From positions 73,384-137,383 of the forward strand of contig CAYUZS010000003.1 of NCBI GenBank assembly GCA_964448705.1: a stretch of DNA of 64,000 nucleotides, in the 5' to 3' direction. A model generated the notes under the pieces. That model ran no database searches, was not told the origin of the DNA, and saw nothing but the letters and a program-made list of their open reading frames with translations. The DNA is from an uncultured Gammaproteobacteria bacterium (GTDB lineage: Bacteria > Patescibacteriota > Microgenomatia > UBA12405). The position numbers and the translations under genes were made by a program. Below, piece after piece: positions 48,915 to 56,530 of this stretch (position 1 is the first letter of the stretch; the number at the start of each line of letters is the position of its first letter).

Positions 48915-49186
48915 TTTTCTTCTCTAATTATCCCAGTTTTAATACCTTTTTTCAAAAAAGACTTCACATCTTCCCTCGCCTCATCTTTTTCCACCTTATA
49001 GTGTTTATATAAAAAACTAACCATTTCTTCGATACTTTTTGGACTAACCAACAACTTCCATAAATCCACTGCCGTCCCTGAAAGAATCGTAATTCTCGAC
49101 TCACCTTCCACCGCAATCAACACCTCATCATTTCGATACTCGGAATAACATTTCTCCACCTTAACAAAAACATCCCTATCTCTCAT
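48911..49186 (-). CDS. PqqD-family peptide-binding protein (RiPP recognition element)
   Basis: 91 aa. ILSGTAVDLWKLLVSPKSIEEMVSFLYKHYKVEKDEAREDVKSFLKKGIKTGII matches the PqqD pattern. Confidence 0.7.
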   Translation of the reverse strand: MRDRDVFVKVEKCYSEYRNDEVLIAVEGESRITILSGTAVDLWKLLVSPKSIEEMVSFLYKHYKVEKDEAREDVKSFLKKGIKTGIIREEK

Positions 49187-49201
49187 GTTTTCCCATCCTT
49201 T

Positions 49202-49345
49202 TTATCTCGCACAAGCACAGGACGCACAGACACATGATCCATCGGGACACTGTTTGGGTGTTTCTCCACCACATGCCAAAACAGAATTTAAAGAAATCAC
49301 TTTAATCATCGGTTTTTGATAATCATTCCTATTTTGTTGCACCAT
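49202..49345 (-). CDS. candidate RiPP precursor peptide MVQQNRNDYQKPMIKVISLNSVLACGGETPKQCPDGSCVCASCACAR
   Basis: Hand-translated 47-aa ORF, below the track cutoff. Six Cys in the last 23 residues. Lies 15 nt upstream of the PqqD gene. Confidence 0.5.
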   Translation of the reverse strand: MVQQNRNDYQKPMIKVISLNSVLACGGETPKQCPDGSCVCASCACAR

Positions 49346-49351
49346 AAAATA

Positions 49352-49380
49352 AATATACAAAAACCTTATCTTAAATGCAA
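49352..49380 (-). promoter_or_regulatory. sigma70-like promoter TTGCAT-17nt-TATATT, ATG 7 nt after the -10 (leaderless)
   Basis: Read on the minus strand immediately upstream of the 47-aa ORF. Confidence 0.4.
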
Positions 49381-49396
49381 ATACCAGTTCTAATTT

Positions 49397-50461
49397 CTAT
49401 TTTACTAGTCTCATCACATCTCCCACAGTTATCAACACAATCAATAGCAGCAAAACCATCATTCCCACATTGTTTACCGCCATCTCCAGCTTTTGATTAG
49501 CTCTTTTTCTGGTAATCATTTCATAAAGTACAAAAATTATTCTTCCTCCGTCCAAAGCCGGAAAAGGCAGAACATTTACAATTGCCAAATTAACCGACAC
49601 TATTCCAAAAAAGTGAATCACCGCCAGCATCCCTTGGTTGGCTTTTATACTGCTGGTTGCTTCAAACATTCCAATCGGACCGGAAACATCTTTAGGCACC
49701 TGCCCTTGAAACAATCCACCGACCATCGACATTACTCCTCCGAAAATAATTTTGCCCCAATAATAGGCTTCCTTAAATCCGGCTCCGATCCCTTTGTAAA
49801 ACTCATACCATTTCACTTTCATCATTTCCGTATTGGAAATCGCCACCCCCAAACTCCCCTCACCTTCAGGAGGATTATCCCGCACTTGTACTTGTACGGA
49901 TAGGGCATTGCCCTGTCCCTCCCTAGAAATCTCCAATTCCACCTCTTTTCCTTTGTATTTCCCCACTTCTTCGGTTAATTGTTGTGGTGTTTCTATTTCC
50001 ACACCACCGACCTTTTTTACCTGGTCATCAACTTTTAATCCGGCAATTTCCGCCGGAGAATTCTTAGCCACTTCCAAAATTTTAACTTTATTTGTCTCTG
50101 TCGGTACTCCCAACACCGAATAAACGATTGAAAAAATTACCACCGCTGTCACCAAGTTCATCAGCACTCCTCCCAAAACTATCAGGGCTTTTTGCCACGG
50201 ATTTTTTGCTGCAAATGAATTTTTGTTTTTTGTCGCTCCTTTTTCGTTCAGATCCTCTCCGAACAACTTGCAAAATCCGCCGATCGGCAGCCAGTTTAAA
50301 CTCCATTCTGTTCCTTTCCACTTTTTAGCCTTTATTCTCGGTGGTAGTCCCAATCCAAACTCTTCCACTTTTACTCCTGTCAGCTTAGCTGCAAAAAAAT
50401 GGCCGAATTCATGAACCAAAACTAAAATCGACAATGCCACTACAAAAATAATGATATCCAT
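49397..50461 (-). CDS. rseP: RseP-type site-2 (M50) intramembrane metalloprotease with PDZ domain
   Basis: HEFGHFFAAK, an internal PDZ domain and C-terminal NVLPFPALDGG. Confidence 0.9.
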   Translation of the reverse strand: MDIIIFVVALSILVLVHEFGHFFAAKLTGVKVEEFGLGLPPRIKAKKWKGTEWSLNWLPIGGFCKLFGEDLNEKGATKNKNSFAAKNPWQKALIVLGGVLMNLVTAVVIFSIVYSVLGVPTETNKVKILEVAKNSPAEIAGLKVDDQVKKVGGVEIETPQQLTEEVGKYKGKEVELEISREGQGNALSVQVQVRDNPPEGEGSLGVAISNTEMMKVKWYEFYKGIGAGFKEAYYWGKIIFGGVMSMVGGLFQGQVPKDVSGPIGMFEATSSIKANQGMLAVIHFFGIVSVNLAIVNVLPFPALDGGRIIFVLYEMITRKRANQKLEMAVNNVGMMVLLLLIVLITVGDVMRLVK

Positions 50462-50497
50462 AAGATTTATTATTCTATCAATTCTTCTCTCTCAATC

Positions 50498-51049
50498 CTA
50501 TCCTCTAATCTCAGTTTCTTTCTTTTTTGAAATCTCTTCCAGTTTATCGATAAACTGATCCGTTAATTTTTGCAATTGTTCCTCATCTCTTTTAAATTCA
50601 TCCTCCCCGATTTCTTTTGCATTTTTTGCATCCATTATTTTTTTCCGAAAATCTGCTCTGGCATCCCGTATCATTCCTCTGGCACCTTCTAATTTTCTTC
50701 CCAAAAGTTTAATATAATCCTCTCTCTGTTCCTGAGTTAACATCGGCAGTGACATTCGGATCACCTGGCCGTCAATTGCCGGTGTCATTCCAATATTTGC
50801 CGCCTGAATGCCATTGGCAATTTCTCTAATTAAAGCCTGATCCCATGGTTGAAAAGTCAAACTTCTCACATCCGGAACACCAATCGATCCCAACTCTATC
50901 AGTCTCATTTTTTGAGCGCCGTACACTGTCACCGCCACATTTTCTATTAGTCCCGGAGTTGCCCTCCCTGTCCTGATCGATGAAATATCATTCACAAATA
51001 AATCTCTTATCTTGCCCATTCGGGTATTTACGTCGCTGAAGTTGATCAT
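50498..51049 (-). CDS. frr: ribosome recycling factor
   Basis: 183 aa with ISSIRTGRATPGLIENVAV and LTQEQREDYIK. Confidence 0.9.
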   Translation of the reverse strand: MINFSDVNTRMGKIRDLFVNDISSIRTGRATPGLIENVAVTVYGAQKMRLIELGSIGVPDVRSLTFQPWDQALIREIANGIQAANIGMTPAIDGQVIRMSLPMLTQEQREDYIKLLGRKLEGARGMIRDARADFRKKIMDAKNAKEIGEDEFKRDEEQLQKLTDQFIDKLEEISKKKETEIRG

Positions 51050-51136
51050 ATAGCAAAATTATACCAAACCTTTAAGCTAATGTTTTTCTCAAAAAAAATA
51101 CCCCCTCTTTAAAAAAAGAGAGGGTATCCATTAATT

Positions 51137-51595
51137 TTAAATTTCAAATCTTTGAAATCTACTTATTTTTATATTTTCTCCGAATTTAGCTACCAGTCCG
51201 GTCACTAAATCTTTAATTTTTTTAGTGCTGTCTTTTATAAACTCCATTTCCATCAAATCCTCTACATTTTCCGGATTCATAGCCGCCACCTGCAAACAAA
51301 CATCTTTGGCCACTGCCACAAATTCTTCATTTTTAGCCACAAAATCTGTCTCGCAGAGCATTTCCACCATCACCCCGACTTTTCCGGTAGAATGGGTATA
51401 AGTAGCCACCAAACCTTGATGTGTCTCTCTTTCAGCTTTGGTTTCAGCTTTTTTAAAACCTTTTTCTTTCAAAATTTCTTTGGCTTTTTTTTCATCGCCG
51501 TCAGCCTCTTCTACTGCTGCTTTGATTTCCATTATTCCCAAACCGGTTTCGATTCTGATTTTTTTAACTAATTCAATTATTTGTTTTTGTTCCAT
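51137..51595 (-). CDS. tsf: elongation factor Ts (short form)
   Basis: UBA-like N-terminus IRIETGLGIMEIKAAVEEADGDEKKAKEILKEKG and rpsB-tsf synteny. Start taken at MEQKQ. Confidence 0.8.
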   Translation of the reverse strand: MEQKQIIELVKKIRIETGLGIMEIKAAVEEADGDEKKAKEILKEKGFKKAETKAERETHQGLVATYTHSTGKVGVMVEMLCETDFVAKNEEFVAVAKDVCLQVAAMNPENVEDLMEMEFIKDSTKKIKDLVTGLVAKFGENIKISRFQRFEI

Positions 51596-51618
51596 TTTTT
51601 TATTTAATTTTTTAAAGT

Positions 51619-51671
51619 CCCTCTTGCTTGCCCGCCTCTGGAGGGTCAAAGAAGGATTTAGGGAGATTGTT
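51619..51671. repeat. copy 1 of ~53-nt intergenic repeat (CCCTCTTGCTTGCCCGCCTCTGGAGGGTCAAAGA...GAGATTGTT)
   Basis: 34-nt exact core shared with 63349-63382. Located 5 nt after the rpsB stop. Confidence 0.85.
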
Positions 51672-51675
51672 TCGG

Positions 51676-52563
51676 TTAAACCCCTGCAGCTTTAATTGCC
51701 CGACCAACTTCTTCGACGATTAAATTGATCGACTTAACACTGTCATCGTTGGCTGGTATCGCCAAATCCACTTTTCTTGGATCAGCGTCAGTGTCCACAA
51801 TTGCTACCGTTTTCAGATTTCTCATCTTCGCCTCTTTATTAGCTGTTTTTTCAAAACCGGCATCAACCATAAAAACTATATCAAAGAGCTTCTCCAAATG
51901 TGTCAAACCGCCGATAATTCTTTCCAGTCTGATTTGTTCCTTATTTAAATCCAACAATTCTTTTTTAGTTTTATCCGTATACAAATTTTTACTTAATGCT
52001 TCTTTAGTATCGTTGAATTTTTTTATATTTTTGCGAATTTGTTCCCAGTTGCTGATTGTTCCGCCCAGCCATCTGTCGGTTACATAAGCCACACCGGCAT
52101 CTTCGGCTACTCTTTTTACTACTTCTCTGGCTTGTCTTTTGGTACCTACCAACACAATTTGTTTGCCGTTTCTTCGGGAATTATATATATAGTTGCAAGC
52201 TTTCTCTAATCCATCCAAAGTCTTAACCAAATCGATAATCTGAATTCCGTCTTTGGCTATATAAATATTTTCTTTGGCTTTAGGATGAGTTTTGGAAATT
52301 TTGTGCCCTAAATGACAACCCGCTGCTAACAAATCTTTTAATCCTATAGTTAAAGAGTATTTCTTATCTTCTTTAACCAACTCTTTTTTAACAACTTCCT
52401 TTTCTGTCTGTTCTGCCACCTTAGCGCTGGCCTTATCCAATTTAACTTTCTCGTTAAGTTTTTTAATGTTTTCAGCAGTAATATTGCTCTGCTTTTTGGC
52501 CTTAACTACCAATGCTTTTTTAACCAGCTTTTTGCCGGTTCTGTTGACTGTTTTTGTTTTCAT
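51676..52563 (-). CDS. rpsB: ribosomal protein S2 with ~70-aa Lys-rich N-terminal extension
   Basis: S2 core begins at LLAAGCHLGHKISKTHPK. It is preceded by a K/V/E-rich extension with no internal Met. Confidence 0.9.
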   Translation of the reverse strand: MKTKTVNRTGKKLVKKALVVKAKKQSNITAENIKKLNEKVKLDKASAKVAEQTEKEVVKKELVKEDKKYSLTIGLKDLLAAGCHLGHKISKTHPKAKENIYIAKDGIQIIDLVKTLDGLEKACNYIYNSRRNGKQIVLVGTKRQAREVVKRVAEDAGVAYVTDRWLGGTISNWEQIRKNIKKFNDTKEALSKNLYTDKTKKELLDLNKEQIRLERIIGGLTHLEKLFDIVFMVDAGFEKTANKEAKMRNLKTVAIVDTDADPRKVDLAIPANDDSVKSINLIVEEVGRAIKAAGV

Positions 52564-52697
52564 ACTAAGCTTTTATTTTACCCGTCGAAGCTTAAAAAAT
52601 TAATAATAAAATTTTTAAGCGAAGTCGGGTTATCTGATTTGGGGTAAATTTAACCCAAAGCTTGATAAATTTTCAAATTTTTAACTTACGGATTATA

Positions 52698-52946
52698 TCA
52701 CAGCTGGAATTGTCGGGTGTATCTTACCGGTCGGACATCTATCACTTCCCTCCCGGTTATCTTATCAATATAAGGTCCCGATACTGACGGACAACAACTT
52801 TCTCTGAAAGTTCCCATATCAATTGTGATTATCTCTTTCAGTGAAATATCGAAATTTTTTTGGCCCTGTTGTAAAGCTCTTAAATGAATCTCCGTTAGAC
52901 AATTTCCTAACGTTTGTTTGCATATTTCACATTTTTCAATTTTCAT
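52698..52946 (-). CDS. hypothetical small Cys-containing protein
   Basis: 82 aa with CEICKQTLGNC near the N-terminus. Last gene of the ORFan operon. Confidence 0.35.
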   Translation of the reverse strand: MKIEKCEICKQTLGNCLTEIHLRALQQGQKNFDISLKEIITIDMGTFRESCCPSVSGPYIDKITGREVIDVRPVRYTRQFQL

Positions 52947-52959
52947 ATTTTTGATTAAT

Positions 52960-53400
52960 TTATAATTTATTTTCTCTCGCTGAAATAAAAAATTTTCCTT
53001 TCTCCACCTTACTTCCCTGCATCACCGTTAATACCCCTTTATCAGTCCGTAAACACATTACCTCCGTAGTTTCATCTTCTTTAATTTTACCCCTAGTTTC
53101 ACAATATTCTTTATAATTTTTCCAGTCTTGTATTTTCCCCCCGATTTTTTTCCCGGTTAATCTTTTTATATATTCAAAAGTATCTTTCCTCATTTCACAA
53201 AGACTGCAATTAGGTTCCATTCCTCCGGCGAACGGACAAATCTTTCTCGGTACCTCTCCCCTTAAAACCGGACACTGTCCCAATACAAAATTTCTCGAAT
53301 CGAGGGCATCTTCATTTTCCATATATCTTAATACTTGATTTACACCTTCAATCGGCAGTGTTAAACAGTTAATTTCTATTGTTCGGCGGAATGTTGACAT
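52960..53400 (-). CDS. hypothetical Cys-rich protein
   Basis: 146 aa with CPVLRGEVPRKICPFAGGMEPNCSLC. Its start abuts the upstream stop. Confidence 0.4.
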   Translation of the reverse strand: MSTFRRTIEINCLTLPIEGVNQVLRYMENEDALDSRNFVLGQCPVLRGEVPRKICPFAGGMEPNCSLCEMRKDTFEYIKRLTGKKIGGKIQDWKNYKEYCETRGKIKEDETTEVMCLRTDKGVLTVMQGSKVEKGKFFISARENKL

Positions 53401-54545
53401 TACTGACCTCCCCCTGCAGAGATTTTTTTATATGTTTCATTTTTTATTTCCAAATATCTTTGCCTGCTGGCTGCGTTCGCGGCAGCAATCGCATTTCTTA
53501 CCTCTCTTGGAGTCATCGATAAGTCAGGTGATCCGCTAATTTCACCCAATAATCTGTATGTTGTATAAAGATTCAACCAGGATGCCGTCTGGATTGCTCC
53601 TGCCAAACCGGTAATTGCCAGCATTGGAATTGCCGTTCCTGCAACCAAATTTGCCTGTTGAGCCATCACTATCGATCTTGAAGCTGCTGCCATTGCCTGT
53701 ACTGCTGCCGTGTCAAACATATCTGTCGCAGTTGCCTGCAGCACTCCTTTAATCGCTTCATTTGATTCCTTAGCCATTATCGGTATTTTTGACAGCCTGG
53801 TTTTTTCCCTAACAATTTCTTTCGCTATCTCACTTACACTTCTATCCCCCATAGATAATGCCGCTATCATACCCTGTCCTAATTTAGAAAGGTTGTCCTG
53901 AATCTCTTTTACTTCTTTGTCCATACCTAATTGTTTATCATATTTATCGGCATTATCCGCCAATTTTGATCCGCTAGATTTTATTATTTTTCCTGCCGTT
54001 TCCAACATTTTTCCATTTCTCTCCACTGCCCTATCCAAACTGGTCATATTTTGCAATACTGCTTTTTTACTATCGGCCACCACCTTTACTAAATCCACCC
54101 AAGGTTCAAATATTATCGGATATTCTTTGGCTATCTTAGCCATATTTGAGCTACCTCTCTGTTTTGCCAGCGACTCACAAATCTCAAATGCTATTCTCGA
54201 TCTCTCTACCAAATCCTTATTCGGATCCATCACTTTTATCAAATCTTTAGTTGCCACACTCAAATCCACCGCTAAATTTCCACCGGCAATATTAACCTCT
54301 AAACATGTCTTAATTAAAGTCGCATAATAACTGCCGGATAATGCACTGGTATCTAATCCTGTTCCCAAACCCAGATTGGCCATTTCTTTAATCACCCACT
54401 GTTTCTGTTCAAACGTTTCTCTCGGTCCTCCGAATTTTTCAATTTCCTTGCTCTCAATCATTTGATCCCGCAAACTCAGCGCCACATTTTGCACCGGAGC
54501 CGGCTCCACAGTACGATTTCTTAATCTCTCAATAAAATTTGGCAT
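53400..54545 (-). CDS. hypothetical, predominantly helical protein with Ala-rich hydrophobic C-terminal segment
   Basis: 381-aa ORF. No family recognised by eye. Confidence 0.5.
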   Translation of the reverse strand: MPNFIERLRNRTVEPAPVQNVALSLRDQMIESKEIEKFGGPRETFEQKQWVIKEMANLGLGTGLDTSALSGSYYATLIKTCLEVNIAGGNLAVDLSVATKDLIKVMDPNKDLVERSRIAFEICESLAKQRGSSNMAKIAKEYPIIFEPWVDLVKVVADSKKAVLQNMTSLDRAVERNGKMLETAGKIIKSSGSKLADNADKYDKQLGMDKEVKEIQDNLSKLGQGMIAALSMGDRSVSEIAKEIVREKTRLSKIPIMAKESNEAIKGVLQATATDMFDTAAVQAMAAASRSIVMAQQANLVAGTAIPMLAITGLAGAIQTASWLNLYTTYRLLGEISGSPDLSMTPREVRNAIAAANAASRQRYLEIKNETYKKISAGGGQ

Positions 54546-54689
54546 TTTTATTTTTAATCAATAATTTTTAATTTCTAAAAAAAGTCGAAAAAAGGAGGAG
54601 GAAAGTGAAAGTTGGGTTTGGGTTGGGTTTTTGGTGTTTCGGTTTTGTTTGCTTTTTGTTTAATCCCCCCGGAGGGGGTTTCCCCCCTC

Positions 54690-54989
54690 CTAGCCTCCAT
54701 CCAGTCCTTGCAGCCACTCCCTGACGGGGGTGACCAAGAATGCTAAATTCTCAATCGCCAGCAGGGTCAATAAAGCCATGCTGACAAACCAGATCCCCAT
54801 CATCGATAAGATAATGGCGGCACAAACCAACAACACTTCGAGTGCAGATAAGAATCTGCTACTTTCGAAGGCCGCCAATGTGGCAACAACTGCCAGTAGT
54901 ACCATCGCCAGTACGTTCGTTTCCTCCGATGTACCAATCAGGTACATCGAAAAAAACAGTAAACCCGCTTGAATTATATTTTTTAACAT
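54690..54989 (-). CDS. small 3-TM membrane protein
   Basis: Start at MLKNIIQAG, preceded by a purine-rich tract. Three hydrophobic helices and GC-enriched coding sequence. Confidence 0.45.
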   Translation of the reverse strand: MLKNIIQAGLLFFSMYLIGTSEETNVLAMVLLAVVATLAAFESSRFLSALEVLLVCAAIILSMMGIWFVSMALLTLLAIENLAFLVTPVREWLQGLDGG

Positions 54990-55245
54990 TTTAAATTCCC
55001 TTTCTTTTCCCAAAAATCCCCTTTCGAGGTTAATCCAAACCAATTCCAATATATTTTTGGCGCTGGTTTGGACCAACCTCTATCCTTTTTTCGACTTGTT
55101 AAAGTTCTCCCTCTCGGGATATAAAAAAAGCCCCACTCCACCCGGCGCATTACCGAATTTCGTTTAAGGCTTCTGATTGTTTCAAACAACTGCTTTCAGC
55201 ATCTTTCTGAAACATAAGGAAATATACACCACCAATACACACAAG

Positions 55246-56280
55246 TCAATCGTCCAAGCTTACTCTTCTACCCGCTATATAATTCACCGCAGGTGAATAG
55301 AAATACCTGTCATAATAATCCAACATTGCCCCAGACCAACCGGACATAACCAATTGACTAAACGCTTTTAAATTATCTCCACCAATCTTATTGCTAACAC
55401 CAGAATTATAATTTTCAGAAAAGTAGGTAGCTAGCTGTGCTGAAATTAACGCTGTCTTTTCAATAAAAGGCACATATACTCTCTTCATATTCTTAATCAT
55501 ATCGGCAGCCAATCCAGCATTTGTCCTTACCTTTTTTCCTGGTTCAAATTTCTTCCACCCCCATTCTGGATAGGTCGCCCCTCCCAGTCTCCCTTCAACC
55601 AGGGCAGAAAAAGTACTAGTCCGTGACCAGTAACCGCCAGTTGTCCCATCCTCATCTACCAGACCTCCTCCATGAAAACCTCTCTTAATTTTCGAAGCTT
55701 CATTAAGAATGAATAAACCGCCGGCAAAACTGTCCGTCAGATTTCCGACTTTATTCCATTGAGATAAACCCATATCCCGGTTATAAAAAAACAATGGCGA
55801 ATAACCTCTCGTCCATGTCGGATATTTATTCAGATTTATATCTTCTTTGCCAGTCGGCACCACCATAATGTCTGCCATCCTCCAACCATTGCCTATCTCT
55901 ATTGTTGGAGACATCTGATGTAATTGGTATTCTTTTCCATTAACCACCCTTGTTGTTAACATGTTAGATTCAATAACTGGATCTAAAGTAAACCTAGTCG
56001 TCAATTCTCGATTATTAAACGCCCTCCACATATTAGTCACTTCAAATTTTGAATAATCACCCCACTGCGAAATTAACTTTGAAGTTCTTGCCATCCAGGC
56101 AGAGTATTTTGAGGTATCACTAAACAAACTCTTCTCGCTTACTATCTTAACACCCTTAAAAGCACCTTTCCTATCAAACTTAACCAGTGGATTGTCATCA
56201 ATCATTTTTGGAATCAATCCACTGGCCATCAAAAAGACCAATGGGCTTCGGCTAACTAATTCATTTCGACGTTCAATCAT
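55246..56280 (-). CDS. hypothetical soluble protein (~344 aa)
   Basis: Long ORF. Start at MIERRNEL lies 7 nt after the upstream stop. No family recognised. Confidence 0.5.
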   Translation of the reverse strand: MIERRNELVSRSPLVFLMASGLIPKMIDDNPLVKFDRKGAFKGVKIVSEKSLFSDTSKYSAWMARTSKLISQWGDYSKFEVTNMWRAFNNRELTTRFTLDPVIESNMLTTRVVNGKEYQLHQMSPTIEIGNGWRMADIMVVPTGKEDINLNKYPTWTRGYSPLFFYNRDMGLSQWNKVGNLTDSFAGGLFILNEASKIKRGFHGGGLVDEDGTTGGYWSRTSTFSALVEGRLGGATYPEWGWKKFEPGKKVRTNAGLAADMIKNMKRVYVPFIEKTALISAQLATYFSENYNSGVSNKIGGDNLKAFSQLVMSGWSGAMLDYYDRYFYSPAVNYIAGRRVSLDD

Positions 56281-56287
56281 ATTTAAT

Positions 56288-56488
56288 TCAACCCCTTTGG
56301 ATTTTTTCTCTAGAAACAATTACTCCTCCCAGTTTCAAAGCCGCTTGAACCACTGGTCCATATCCACCTTTTACCACTGACTCCACTACTGGCATTTTGC
56401 TTTTTCCTGCCGGGAAAAAATGTCCGGCTTCAGCTTCAATTTCTGCCATTTGTCTACCAGTCGGATACATTCCTTCTTTTGGTTTCAT
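56288..56488 (-). CDS. hypothetical small protein
   Basis: 66-aa ORF, first after the structured RNA region. Confidence 0.35.
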   Translation of the reverse strand: MKPKEGMYPTGRQMAEIEAEAGHFFPAGKSKMPVVESVVKGGYGPVVQAALKLGGVIVSREKIQRG

Positions 56489-56530
56489 TTTTTTATTTGA
56501 TTAAATATTAATTTAATAAATTTCCAAACG

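Noticed and set aside
47946-49345. Lasso-peptide interpretation of the peptide/PqqD/PP-loop trio
   Set aside because: The PP-loop enzyme is QueC-like and lacks the N-terminal glutaminase-like half of lasso cyclases. No B2 transglutaminase-type protease is present, and there is no Thr at -2 of a plausible core. A G-to-D ring of 9 is possible only with an arbitrary cleavage site.
54614-54634. G-quadruplex candidates (GGGTTTGGGTTGGGTTTTTGG here; GGGAAGGGTTGGG...GGG at 57055-57082)
   Set aside because: The first has only three GGG runs and the second needs a 14-nt loop. Both are on the strand antisense to the likely transcripts, so the evidence is weak.
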